In this document: one piece after another, positions 49,742 through 58,842 of the stretch
Numbering within the stretch: position 1 is the first letter of the stretch
How the letters are laid out: each line of letters opens with the position of its first letter
Source: Blastocatellia bacterium
GTDB lineage: Bacteria > Acidobacteriota > Blastocatellia > UBA7656
Direction: 5' to 3'
DNA: 64,000 nucleotides
NCBI GenBank assembly: GCA_963765495.1
Contig: CAVXWP010000014.1
Coordinates: 32,001 to 96,000, forward strand
Translations under genes and position numbers: made by a program
Notes under the pieces: generated by a model
Seen by the model: the letters and a program-made list of their open reading frames with translations, nothing else
The model's database searches: none
What the model was told of the DNA's origin: nothing

Positions 49742-51079
49742 TTATTGCTCGATAGCGGAAGCCTTTTTTGGCGCGATCGCTTCATCCGTATCGGCTTCGA
49801 CCTCAAGCGTAAGCCCGCTCAGGCCGGTGACGCGCACCGCTTCGCCCCTGGCAACCTGCATCCGCGAGCGAGCGCGCCACAACTCGCCTCGAACAAAGAC
49901 AGTGCCTTCGGGCGCTATTATGGATTCCGCCCTGCCCCTGAGTCCGATCATTCCACACGCGCCCGTAACCACTTTCGCGTGCCGCGCCCTGAGCGCGAGC
50001 TTCAGCATAAAGATCATCATCAGGGCAAAGGGTATAACCACGGCAAGCACGAGGCCAAGCGGCAGTCGCAACCCAGAAGCCGTCGGCACGTCTATCAGGA
50101 TGAGCGAGCCGATCACTGCCGCCGCGATCCCGCCTGCGCCCAGTATGCCAAATCCCTGCACCTTGGCTTCGAGCACAAATAGCCCCAGGGCCACGGCTAT
50201 CAAAAGCACGCCGGTCAAATTTATCGGGAGCATATGAAATCCATATAGCGCCAGCACCACTGAGAGAGCGCCCACCACGCCTGGCACAATCGCGCCCGGA
50301 TGCTGGAATTCGAAATAGACACAGAGCGCGCCGATTGCAAAAAGCACAAAGGCGATTCGCGGGTCGGCAAGCGCCATAAGCAATCGCTGCCTGATGCTCG
50401 GATGGATCTCGGCCACCTTTTCATCAGAGGTTTCGAGCCTCACCTGAGAGCCGTCGAAACGAGTGATCAAGCGCCCGTCGAGTTGCGCGAGCAAATCCTG
50501 CTCATCGCGCGCGACGATCTCTACAAGATGATTTTCCAGCGCCTCGCGCTCGGTGAAGGATTTGCTTTCGCGGATGGTCGTCTCTGCCGCCTGAGGATTT
50601 CGACCCCGTTTTTCGGCGAGGCTGCGAACATAGGCCGAAGCGTCGTTTACTACCTTTTCGGCCATGGTCTTATCCATTTCGCCGCCACCCATCATAACGG
50701 GATGAGCCGCGCCTGTAGCCGTTCCCGGAGCCATCGCCGCGACATCCGAGGCGAGCATTATGACGAATCCGGCCGATGCCGCCCGCGCCCCTGCCGGCGC
50801 TACATAGACGATCACCGGCACGCGCGAGGCGAGTATGTGCGAGACGATTTCGCGCATGGAATCCGAGAGCCCGCCCGGTGTGTCGAGAATGATTATCAAA
50901 GCCTCCGCGTTTTGTTGTTCGGCTCGCGCAATTGCCGACGTTATCACATCGGCGCTTGCAGGTGTTATCTGATCGTCGAGCCTGAGGCTGAGAACTTCCG
51001 CGCTTGCGCTTGCGGCTGCGGCAAATAAAACCAGCAACAGCGCAAGCGTTGTGGTGATGCTTTTCTTGAGCGCATTCAT
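49742..51079 (-). CDS. nfeD: NfeD family membrane-bound serine protease
   Basis: LDTPGG, ARAASAG, GAAHPV, TM block, C-terminal OB fold (GELWRA). Confidence 0.93.
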   Translation of the reverse strand: MNALKKSITTTLALLLVLFAAAASASAEVLSLRLDDQITPASADVITSAIARAEQQNAEALIIILDTPGGLSDSMREIVSHILASRVPVIVYVAPAGARAASAGFVIMLASDVAAMAPGTATGAAHPVMMGGGEMDKTMAEKVVNDASAYVRSLAEKRGRNPQAAETTIRESKSFTEREALENHLVEIVARDEQDLLAQLDGRLITRFDGSQVRLETSDEKVAEIHPSIRQRLLMALADPRIAFVLFAIGALCVYFEFQHPGAIVPGVVGALSVVLALYGFHMLPINLTGVLLIAVALGLFVLEAKVQGFGILGAGGIAAAVIGSLILIDVPTASGLRLPLGLVLAVVIPFALMMIFMLKLALRARHAKVVTGACGMIGLRGRAESIIAPEGTVFVRGELWRARSRMQVARGEAVRVTGLSGLTLEVEADTDEAIAPKKASAIEQ

Positions 51080-51522
51080 GCCGATACTTCCTATCCTGAG
51101 AATTGAAATCTCTCTGCTTTAGTTTAACACAAACCGCCTGTAATGCCTGGCCCGGGACGCGACGCCGGGCAACATTCTGACGCCGGGCGCGCGCGCGCCT
51201 TTGTGAGCGCAAATATAAAGGCTTGTAGCAACAAAAAAAGCTTGACAATATGAGCAAAAAACACAATTATTAGCGCGTTCATAGGCTCTCAAGCTGTTAT
51301 TTCTCTGGAATCTATTAATAAGTGGTCGGGCGCTGTTTAGTTGTTCGCCCCGGAAATTTGTCTTATAGGCTGGCCTTATCTAGCTACTGACTCTGAGGAA
51401 GTAGTCTCAGAATCTCATCAGCTTAGAGTCCGGTTTTCAGGCGTGGCTTGAATCTCTTAACTCTAATATAAGAATCAATGAGGCACATTACCGCTCACAG
51501 GACTTGAAAGGAGAAGCAAGGT

Positions 51523-54500
51523 ATGCGTAGCAAGCTTAAAATCTTGCTGCTGACAGTCACAATATTGACGTTGGTGGCACAGATGTCCTTCCCAGCTTTT
51601 GCACAAAATCCTACAGGCTCGATCCGGGGCACGATCACCGACCAGCAAGGTGACGTGATACCGAATGCGTCTATTACGGTCACCAACAAGGCGACCGGCG
51701 AAGTAAGGAAATCCAATACCGGCAACGACGGTATTTATCAGGTGAGCACCCTCTTACCGGGAGAGTATGAAATCAAAGTCGAAGCCGGCGGCTTCGCTAC
51801 TCAGATCAGCACAGTGCTTGTGCAGGTCGGCAATACCTCTTCGGGTGACGCTTCTTTGCGAGTCGGCACGGCCAACGAGATCGTAGACGTTGTGGCCGAA
51901 GCGCCGATCATTGATAAGCAGAACTTCAAGATTGACGGTGTCATCAACCGCCAGAAGGTAGAAGCCCTGCCGCTCAACGGTCGCAACTTTTTGCAACTCG
52001 CATTGCTTGAGCCGGGCGTCTCGGTTTCGGCCAAGAATCCGGGGTCTCAAAACAATCTATTCAACGTCTCTATCGGCGGCGCTGATTCGGCATTGACGCG
52101 ACTCACTGTCGATGGAGGCAGCATAGTCGACCCTGTGTGCGGCGGCGCGGCCCAGAATTTTTCAACCGAAACGATTCAAGAGTTTCAGATACAGACCTTC
52201 AACTTTGATCTCTCGACAGGTACGACTTCGGTTGGCGCAATCAATATCGTGTCGCGCACGGGGACAAACGATTATCACGGCAGCGGATTCCTCTACTTCC
52301 GCGATCACTCCATAGCCGCCAATCCAAATCTCCAGCGCAGCATTACAAACCCCGACCCGTACTTCCGCCGCTATCAATACGGCGGCGCGTTCGGCGGACC
52401 TATCAAGAAGGATAAAGCCTTCTTCTTTGCCAATGCGGAGCGCCTCGACCAGACCTCGGCCATATCGAATGTCGTCACGGGGTTTTCGGGATTTAGCCAG
52501 TTCAATACGACCTTCACGAGTCCCTATAAGGGATTTCTGGTCAATGTGCGCGGCGATTACAGCATCAATGACAAAAACAAGCTGTTTTCGCGCTACAGCT
52601 ATGACCATAACGATACGCTCGCGCCGGATGCCAACAACTCGTTGCCTTCGCGCTGGCGAGACAACAAGAGCAGAGATCACAACCTGCAATTCGGTCTGAC
52701 GACCATATTCACAAACAACCTTGTAAACGATGCCCGCTTCAACTATCAGAAGATCAAGAACGTGGAAGGGATACCCTCTTCTTCACAGTGTCCGGCATCC
52801 GAGATAGGCTGCATAGGGCTCGGAGGCGCTCAGGTACAGGTCAATAACAGCAACCTGCTTCTCGGCAACACGACCAATGCGCCACAGGCGCGCGATCTGG
52901 ATCGGTACCAGACGACCGATAGCCTCAGCTGGCAGAAGGGCGCTCACCGGATTCGCATTGGCGGCGAGTGGGAGCACAACTACGGCAAAGGATTATGGGC
53001 ATTTCTCGATCCGGCGCTGATAGTCTTGCACGACCCGCGCGATGTGATTGCCACGAATGCCTTTATCTCCACGCTTCCATTGCCCGCGCCGCTCAAGGCC
53101 GCGCTGACGATACCGCTGCCTGCGGCCTTCACCACCCCGGGCGCAACCCTTACACTTGATGACATTCTACAGCTCCCGATCATAGCGGGAGCCGTGGGCA
53201 TAGGCGATCCGTCGCAGCCGCCCCCCTTCAACACGGAGATAGCGCGGCAGGGCAATCGCTATCGCTTCTTCGCGCAGGATTCCTGGCTTGTGCGGCCCGG
53301 CTTCACGTTCTCTTTCGGAGCGGCTTATCAGTATGAAACCAACCTCGCAAATCATGATCTTGCAAAGCCGGCCCTGATTGCGCCGCTTATCGGTGACATC
53401 GGAAAACCGGGCAAGGACAAAAACAACATCGCTCCTTCAATCGGATTTGCGTGGGATGTGGCCAACCAGGGCAAGACCGTCATACGTGGCGGCGCAGGCA
53501 TCTATTACGACACGGTCCTGTTTGTTACCAGATTGCAGGAAAGAGCTACAAACGGCCCGGCGGGTAACGGCCGCTCGGTCGTGGCAACCGCTTACTTCCA
53601 GAACAATCTTGCGTTTCCGCAACTTCCATTGCCCGCGCCGCTCAATCTGATAAATCCGGCGCTCGGCACACCGATTGACTTCCGAACAATCCCGACAAAG
53701 TTCACGGGCGCTAATTTCCTGACGTTGCTCAACGCGCAGGGGCCGATCATTGCCGCAGGGCTTCAGGCAGCAGGCGCGGCGGGATTTTCCGGCCTCGATT
53801 TCTTCAAGACAGGCGACGGTATACTTGACCCAAATCTGGAATCTCCCTACTCGGAGCAGTTCACCATAGGCGTTCAGCGCCAGTTGCCGAGGAATATGGC
53901 CCTATCGGCCGACTTCGTGCTTCGCAAGCGCGTACACACGCTCTTTGCCAACGATTTCAACGTCTATAACCGACCGGACGCTTTCGGCGGACCCGCCATA
54001 CGCAGGTGCGTGGGTCTGGAAGCAGTCAACCCGTCCGTGCAATGTTCGAACGGGTCGATCAATGTCACGCAATCGAGCGGACGCTCGGATTACAGGGCTC
54101 TGCTTGTGAAACTGGACAAGCGTTTCTCGAATCGGTATCAGTTCACCGCGAGCTATTCGCTTGCGAGCCGAACAGAGTTTTTCACCGGAGAGAACCTGCT
54201 TGACTGGTTTGGAAACAAGGGGCCTGCCGGGTCCCGTCATAACCTTACTATCAGCGGTGTGGTCGATCTGCCGCTCGGTTTCCAGGCGTCGTTGATCGCA
54301 GTCTATGGAAGCCGCGGTGCGTTTAATGCGAGACTTGGCGGAACGGTCGATATAAACGGCGACGGGACGGGCGGCGACACTCTGCCCGGTCTTGAGATCA
54401 ATACGCTCGGACGCGGCACGAGCAAGCAAGAGTTGATCACGATTGTAAACCAGTTCAACTCGAACTTCGCCGGCAAGCAGGACGCAAGAGGCGCTACGAT

Positions 54501-54765
54501 CAACCCGATCAACTTACCGACTCAATTCGAATTTGGCGACGATTTCCAATCCGAGGATATTCGTTTGTCAAAGACATTCACGTTCAAGGAAAGCTATAAG
54601 GCCCAACTCTTCGCAGAGGTCTTCAACCTGTTTAATATCGCAAACCTTACCGGGTACAGTCAGACGTTAAACAGTAACTTTGGCCAGCCTACGCAAAGAG
54701 CGGGTCAGGCCTTTGGCACGGGCGGACCGCGCGCCTTCCAGTTCGGAGGCCGGTTCACCTTCTAA
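51523..54765 (+). CDS. TonB-dependent outer-membrane receptor with carboxypeptidase-regulatory-like N domain
   Basis: Signal peptide, GTITDQQG, LPLNGRNFLQL, GGPIKKDKAFFF, NLFN, C-terminal FQFGGRFTF. Confidence 0.95.
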   Translation: MRSKLKILLLTVTILTLVAQMSFPAFAQNPTGSIRGTITDQQGDVIPNASITVTNKATGEVRKSNTGNDGIYQVSTLLPGEYEIKVEAGGFATQISTVLVQVGNTSSGDASLRVGTANEIVDVVAEAPIIDKQNFKIDGVINRQKVEALPLNGRNFLQLALLEPGVSVSAKNPGSQNNLFNVSIGGADSALTRLTVDGGSIVDPVCGGAAQNFSTETIQEFQIQTFNFDLSTGTTSVGAINIVSRTGTNDYHGSGFLYFRDHSIAANPNLQRSITNPDPYFRRYQYGGAFGGPIKKDKAFFFANAERLDQTSAISNVVTGFSGFSQFNTTFTSPYKGFLVNVRGDYSINDKNKLFSRYSYDHNDTLAPDANNSLPSRWRDNKSRDHNLQFGLTTIFTNNLVNDARFNYQKIKNVEGIPSSSQCPASEIGCIGLGGAQVQVNNSNLLLGNTTNAPQARDLDRYQTTDSLSWQKGAHRIRIGGEWEHNYGKGLWAFLDPALIVLHDPRDVIATNAFISTLPLPAPLKAALTIPLPAAFTTPGATLTLDDILQLPIIAGAVGIGDPSQPPPFNTEIARQGNRYRFFAQDSWLVRPGFTFSFGAAYQYETNLANHDLAKPALIAPLIGDIGKPGKDKNNIAPSIGFAWDVANQGKTVIRGGAGIYYDTVLFVTRLQERATNGPAGNGRSVVATAYFQNNLAFPQLPLPAPLNLINPALGTPIDFRTIPTKFTGANFLTLLNAQGPIIAAGLQAAGAAGFSGLDFFKTGDGILDPNLESPYSEQFTIGVQRQLPRNMALSADFVLRKRVHTLFANDFNVYNRPDAFGGPAIRRCVGLEAVNPSVQCSNGSINVTQSSGRSDYRALLVKLDKRFSNRYQFTASYSLASRTEFFTGENLLDWFGNKGPAGSRHNLTISGVVDLPLGFQASLIAVYGSRGAFNARLGGTVDINGDGTGGDTLPGLEINTLGRGTSKQELITIVNQFNSNFAGKQDARGATINPINLPTQFEFGDDFQSEDIRLSKTFTFKESYKAQLFAEVFNLFNIANLTGYSQTLNSNFGQPTQRAGQAFGTGGPRAFQFGGRFTF

Positions 54766-54792
54766 TCACTCAGGCAAACAGCTACTACTGAC

Positions 54793-54838
54793 ACGAATGC
54801 CCGCGAATTCAGCATTGATTCGCGGGCATTCGTCTTTG
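54793..54838. terminator. Hairpin terminator between convergent genes
   Basis: ACGAATGCCCGCGAAT / ATTCGCGGGCATTCGT followed by CTTTGT. Confidence 0.75.
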
Positions 54839-54851
54839 TGGATAAGACATT

Positions 54852-56496
54852 TTATTTTCCCGGCGCGGTCGTCTTTGCCTGTGCCCTTACAAGCTCCGGC
54901 AGGTCCGTATCGGCATCGCTCCAGTATTTTTCGGCCAGCGCAAATTCTTTCTGAGCCGTTGAGGTGTCCTCGTTATGCTCGGCCACAAGCGCCAGCGCGT
55001 AATGAGTTCCTCCGTAGGCCGGGTCGTGTTCAAGCATCTGCCGGGCGGTGTATTCGGCCAGTTCCCAATCCCCCACTTCGCGCGCCACGCGGGCTATCGC
55101 TTCCAGCCTGAACAGAGCCTGAATCCACGCATCGGGTCCGGGCTCGACACGCATACGGGTCTGGACGGTTTCGAGAATAGTTCTGCCCTTTTCAACCTGT
55201 CCGGTGCGTAGAAAAAATTCCCCCTGCAAGGCTGAAAGATACTGGGTCACAAACCCGATTGTTCTGGCCGAGCCTCGCGTCTTTTCAAGCGCCGCTTTCG
55301 CTTCCGCGCCCGCATCCGAAAGCCTCCCCATAGCCATAAGCGCGCGGCTCGCCATGATGTGGCCTATGGTCGAGACGATTTCCCAAGGACTTGCGGCCAG
55401 TATTTTCGCCGCGTCGAGCGCCTCCTGATTTCGCCCCCTTGAGAGCAAAAATTCCGGCCATTCTTTCTTGTTGAATGCGAGCGCATCCTGCATGACTTCA
55501 ACGTCAAATGACTCGCGCATGAATTTTCGCCGTCTTCATCTGCCCGCGATACTGGTAAGATGTCGAAAGCAAATCGAGATTATGCTGATGATGCCAGTCG
55601 TATCGGGCCGGTATGTTTTCCCGCTTGTAGTAAGCCGTTTCAAGCTCATAAGCCTTGAGAAATTCGGCCAGCGCATCATTGATGCGGCCCACGCGGCGAA
55701 GATCGTGTCCGTACATGTGGCGAGCGTGAGGCACATCGGGGGCCATACGGGCATAAATTTCGCCTTCCTTTAAGGCCTCTTCGATCCGGTTCAGATTCTC
55801 GTATGAATGAATCAGAAAGTGATGCGCGGCAAAGCAATCGGGGTCGAGTTTCAATGCCCGCTGATAGAATGAGATTGACGATTCCGCGCCGCTCTGGCCT
55901 CGCCCCGAGGCCAGGGGCTCTTCGGCATTCCCGCGCAACAACAACAGTGCCGGATCGTCCGGGTAGGCAGCAATTGCCGCGTCGAGCGCCTCCTTATAGT
56001 TAGAGTGCGGCGCGGGGTTTCCAGGTTCAGACATTGCTTCGAGTTGAATGGCTCTGAGGGCGATAAATTTCTGTTCCCGCTCGCTTGCGCCCGCGCCGAG
56101 CGCCTGAGCTTTCCGAAGCATTTGACGAGCGGCCTCCGTAACATTCAGCCCCGAATAAGCGCGGCTCAGACCCACGTAAGCCATCGCAAGGTTCGGGTCG
56201 AGCCTGAGCGCCTGATTAAACGAGCGTGCCGCTTCTATCCATACGTAAGAGTACAGATAAGCAAGCCCCTGATCGTAAAATGCCTGCGCCTCCTTTGATG
56301 AAGTCGTGACCGACTGATGCGCGCGGCCTATACCGGAGCGGAGCGATACGGGGCGTTCGAGGATTTCAGCGGGCACCCCAATCGCAGTTTCATCGCCGTG
56401 ATGAGCGTGTGCGTCACCTTGCGCGAAGACAGTTCCCTGAATCAAGATCAGCCCCGGTAGGAGAAAAATCAATTTGCAAAGATGTGAATACTTCAT
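54852..56496 (-). pseudogene. Secreted His-rich TPR protein, split by a frameshift near 55525
   Basis: ORFs 55504-56496 and 54852-55520 overlap and join at GCG AAAA TTC ATG; continuous TPR-like sequence. Confidence 0.75.
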
Positions 56497-56543
56497 GTGA
56501 TTTCAGGCGATACGCAACAATATTAGTCTTACTTGAATAGCGC

Positions 56544-57701
56544 TTACTTGATTTCGAGCCTTCGCCGGTCGGCCCAGTTATTGCCATAAGGGGTAAGCGC
56601 CAGAGGGTTGCGCTCAAGCGGCTGCGCGCGCCCGAGGCTGTCGCTTGCGCGCACGATGATTTCATAACTGCCCGCAGCCTGAGGCTTCCAGGCGTAAGAC
56701 CAGAGCCGCCATGCAAACGGCGCGCTTTCGCCGTTCAGATCGGCTTCAACCCAGGAGCGCCCTCCGTCAAAACTCAATTCCACCCGCTCGACACGAGCCT
56801 CGCCGCTCCATGCCGCACCGATGATAGTAGCCTGCGCTACGCGCCGGTCGGCGGATTCGGCTAGACGGGCAATCTGAGATTTGACGAGCATTTCGTGGAG
56901 CGCGATTCGCTTTATCCCTTTTCTTTCGTGGCGCGCTACATAATAGCGTTCGGTTTGATAAAACCCCTTGAATGGTTTGTCGGCGACCGTGATTCCGGTG
57001 AGCCACTTTACGGAATCCATCCCGTACCATCCGGGCACGATGGCCCTGAGCGGTCCGCCGTGCTCGGGCGGGAGCGGCTCGCCGTTCATCCTGTAAGCCA
57101 GAAGCGTATGCTCGTCCATCGCCTTCGCAAGCGGTATGCTGCGCGCAAACGAGTCAACCATTATGCCACCGGCCTCGCGCTCTTTTCCTCCGTCCGCTCC
57201 ATTGAGCACTACCTCGACAGCGCCCTGGCGTGCGCCGACCGCTTCGAGCAGCGCGCCTAATGATATGCCGGTCCATCGCGCATTCGACACGCCTCCAAAG
57301 CCTACGAGATTGCCAGCGCATTCAAGCGTGACGACCTCTTCGCGCGAAGGCATCTTCATCAATTCATCAAGCGTAAAGGCCCGGGGGCGTGCGACCGCGC
57401 CGCTGATCTTGACCATCCACGGCGAGCCGTCGCGGGCAGGTATGCCGAAATGGCTGCGGACAAAGAATTCGGGATTAGGAGTGATCCAGGTTTTGAGCGT
57501 AGAGAAATCGAAGGCGCGACTGTAAGGCGAACCGGGCGAAAACAGGGGCGGCTGCTGAGGCGCTCGCGCAAGGCTTGCGCCGCGAAGCCAAACGGCGGCA
57601 AAAGGCAAGCCCGCAAGCTGCGTGATGAGACGGCGGCGGCCTGCATCGAACCTGCGAGACTCCTGCCCATCGGTAGATGAATGCTTATAAGCTCTCTTCA
57701 T
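56544..57701 (-). CDS. Tat-exported sulfite oxidase family molybdoenzyme (SoxC/SorA-like)
   Basis: GRRRLI Tat motif, FFVRSH, TLECAGN Mo-ligand Cys, HGGPLR.IVPGWYG..SVKWL, dimerisation domain. Confidence 0.9.
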   Translation of the reverse strand: MKRAYKHSSTDGQESRRFDAGRRRLITQLAGLPFAAVWLRGASLARAPQQPPLFSPGSPYSRAFDFSTLKTWITPNPEFFVRSHFGIPARDGSPWMVKISGAVARPRAFTLDELMKMPSREEVVTLECAGNLVGFGGVSNARWTGISLGALLEAVGARQGAVEVVLNGADGGKEREAGGIMVDSFARSIPLAKAMDEHTLLAYRMNGEPLPPEHGGPLRAIVPGWYGMDSVKWLTGITVADKPFKGFYQTERYYVARHERKGIKRIALHEMLVKSQIARLAESADRRVAQATIIGAAWSGEARVERVELSFDGGRSWVEADLNGESAPFAWRLWSYAWKPQAAGSYEIIVRASDSLGRAQPLERNPLALTPYGNNWADRRRLEIK

Positions 57702-57758
57702 TATTGACTCTAATGATCGCAGCATCGAATTTACAACAGCAGGGGTTGTTATCTCAAC

Positions 57759-57844
57759 TGATGCGTGAAGCGTGATTCACCAGGATTGCAATATGTCTGT
57801 AACAAGCTGTCTTCCTAATAGTCACGCATCACGCATCACGCACC
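57759..57844. repeat. CGTGA-heptamer-armed palindromic repeat, family copy 4
   Basis: gatgcgtgaagcgtgattc..ttgcaatatgtctg..atagtcacgcatcacgcatcacgcac. Confidence 0.85.
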
Positions 57845-57851
57845 ATTTTTC

Positions 57852-57880
57852 TGTAACCGCCCGCGCCTTGGTTTTCGTCT
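57852..57880 (+). promoter_or_regulatory. ECF-sigma-type promoter
   Basis: TGTAAC-N18-CGTCT upstream of gene 57965. Confidence 0.45.
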
Positions 57881-57964
57881 TTGTATAGGGCAGGCGCTTG
57901 ATTAAATACCTGCTCATCTTATTTCGATTCAGCCAGCAGTATTTTAGTTTGAAGGAGAAAGTTA

Positions 57965-58456
57965 ATGAAAAGGGTTGTAGCGATCAGCAGTTTTGTTTTT
58001 CTGATGGCCGCAAGCGTATTTGCCTTAAGCCTTGCGCCCGCGAATTTTTCGGGCACATGGGTTCTGGATAATGCAAAGAGCGAAGGATTGAGAGGGAGGA
58101 TGGCCGATGCCGAAGTCACAATGAAAGTGACTCAGGACGGTGCGAAGCTTGTCGAAGAGACCACGACGGGCGATAACACTCAGAGCTTGACATTCAATCT
58201 TGACGGCAGCGAAACCACCGCCGAATTTCAGGGCCGCATGCCCTCAAAAGGAACTATCAAGGCTAAGTGGATGGATGACGGCAAGATGCTTGAAATCACT
58301 CAGGTTCGGAACCTGAATTTCCAGGGCAACGATGTCACCATCAACGTAAAAGAGCACTGGCAGTTGTCGGAAGACGGCAAGGTGCTGAATATCCATCGCA
58401 CGACGGAATCGCCGCGCGGCACTATGGAATCAAAGCTCGTCTTCAACAAGAAGTAA
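57965..58456 (+). CDS. Secreted beta-barrel (lipocalin-like) hypothetical protein
   Basis: AAGGAG RBS, signal peptide, NFSGTWVLD..KS, LSEDGKVL. Confidence 0.85.
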   Translation: MKRVVAISSFVFLMAASVFALSLAPANFSGTWVLDNAKSEGLRGRMADAEVTMKVTQDGAKLVEETTTGDNTQSLTFNLDGSETTAEFQGRMPSKGTIKAKWMDDGKMLEITQVRNLNFQGNDVTINVKEHWQLSEDGKVLNIHRTTESPRGTMESKLVFNKK

Positions 58457-58703
58457 GCCGTTGCATGTCTGCAATCGACAGGCAAATAACATTGCTGGGC
58501 GAAGGGCTTTTGCCAAAACAGCACCTTCGCTCAGCCTCTCAGCCCGAAGAGACCTTCGGCGTTTGAATTCGCAATCGAATACGAGTAAACTCGCCTCATC
58601 AACTTGATTCTGGTATTTAGCAGACAGTCTTTATCAGCAGACGAGCGGATCAGCATGTTTAAAACATGCGCGCACTGACTGCTTATACCAAACCATAATT
58701 GAG

Positions 58704-58801
58704 TGTAGGGGCAGCCCTTGTGGCTGCCCGAATCGCGCGCGAGCGCGATGGCAGTCATCGCTCTTCGAGCGATCCGGGCAGCCACAAGGGCTGCCCCTAC
58801 A
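58704..58801. repeat. GTAG-family REP doublet (REPIN-like)
   Basis: Perfect 27-bp inverted copies of TGTAGGGGCAGCCCTTGTGGCTGCCCG at 58704-58730 and 58775-58801. Confidence 0.85.
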
Positions 58802-58842
58802 TTCATCGAAAATCGCTTTATCAAAGATCGAAAGGAGCGCCC

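Noticed and set aside
58480-58600. Glycine or c-di-GMP riboswitch-like fragments (CCGAAG, CTCTCAG, GGCAAA)
   Set aside because: Motifs are in the wrong order and context; only short hairpins
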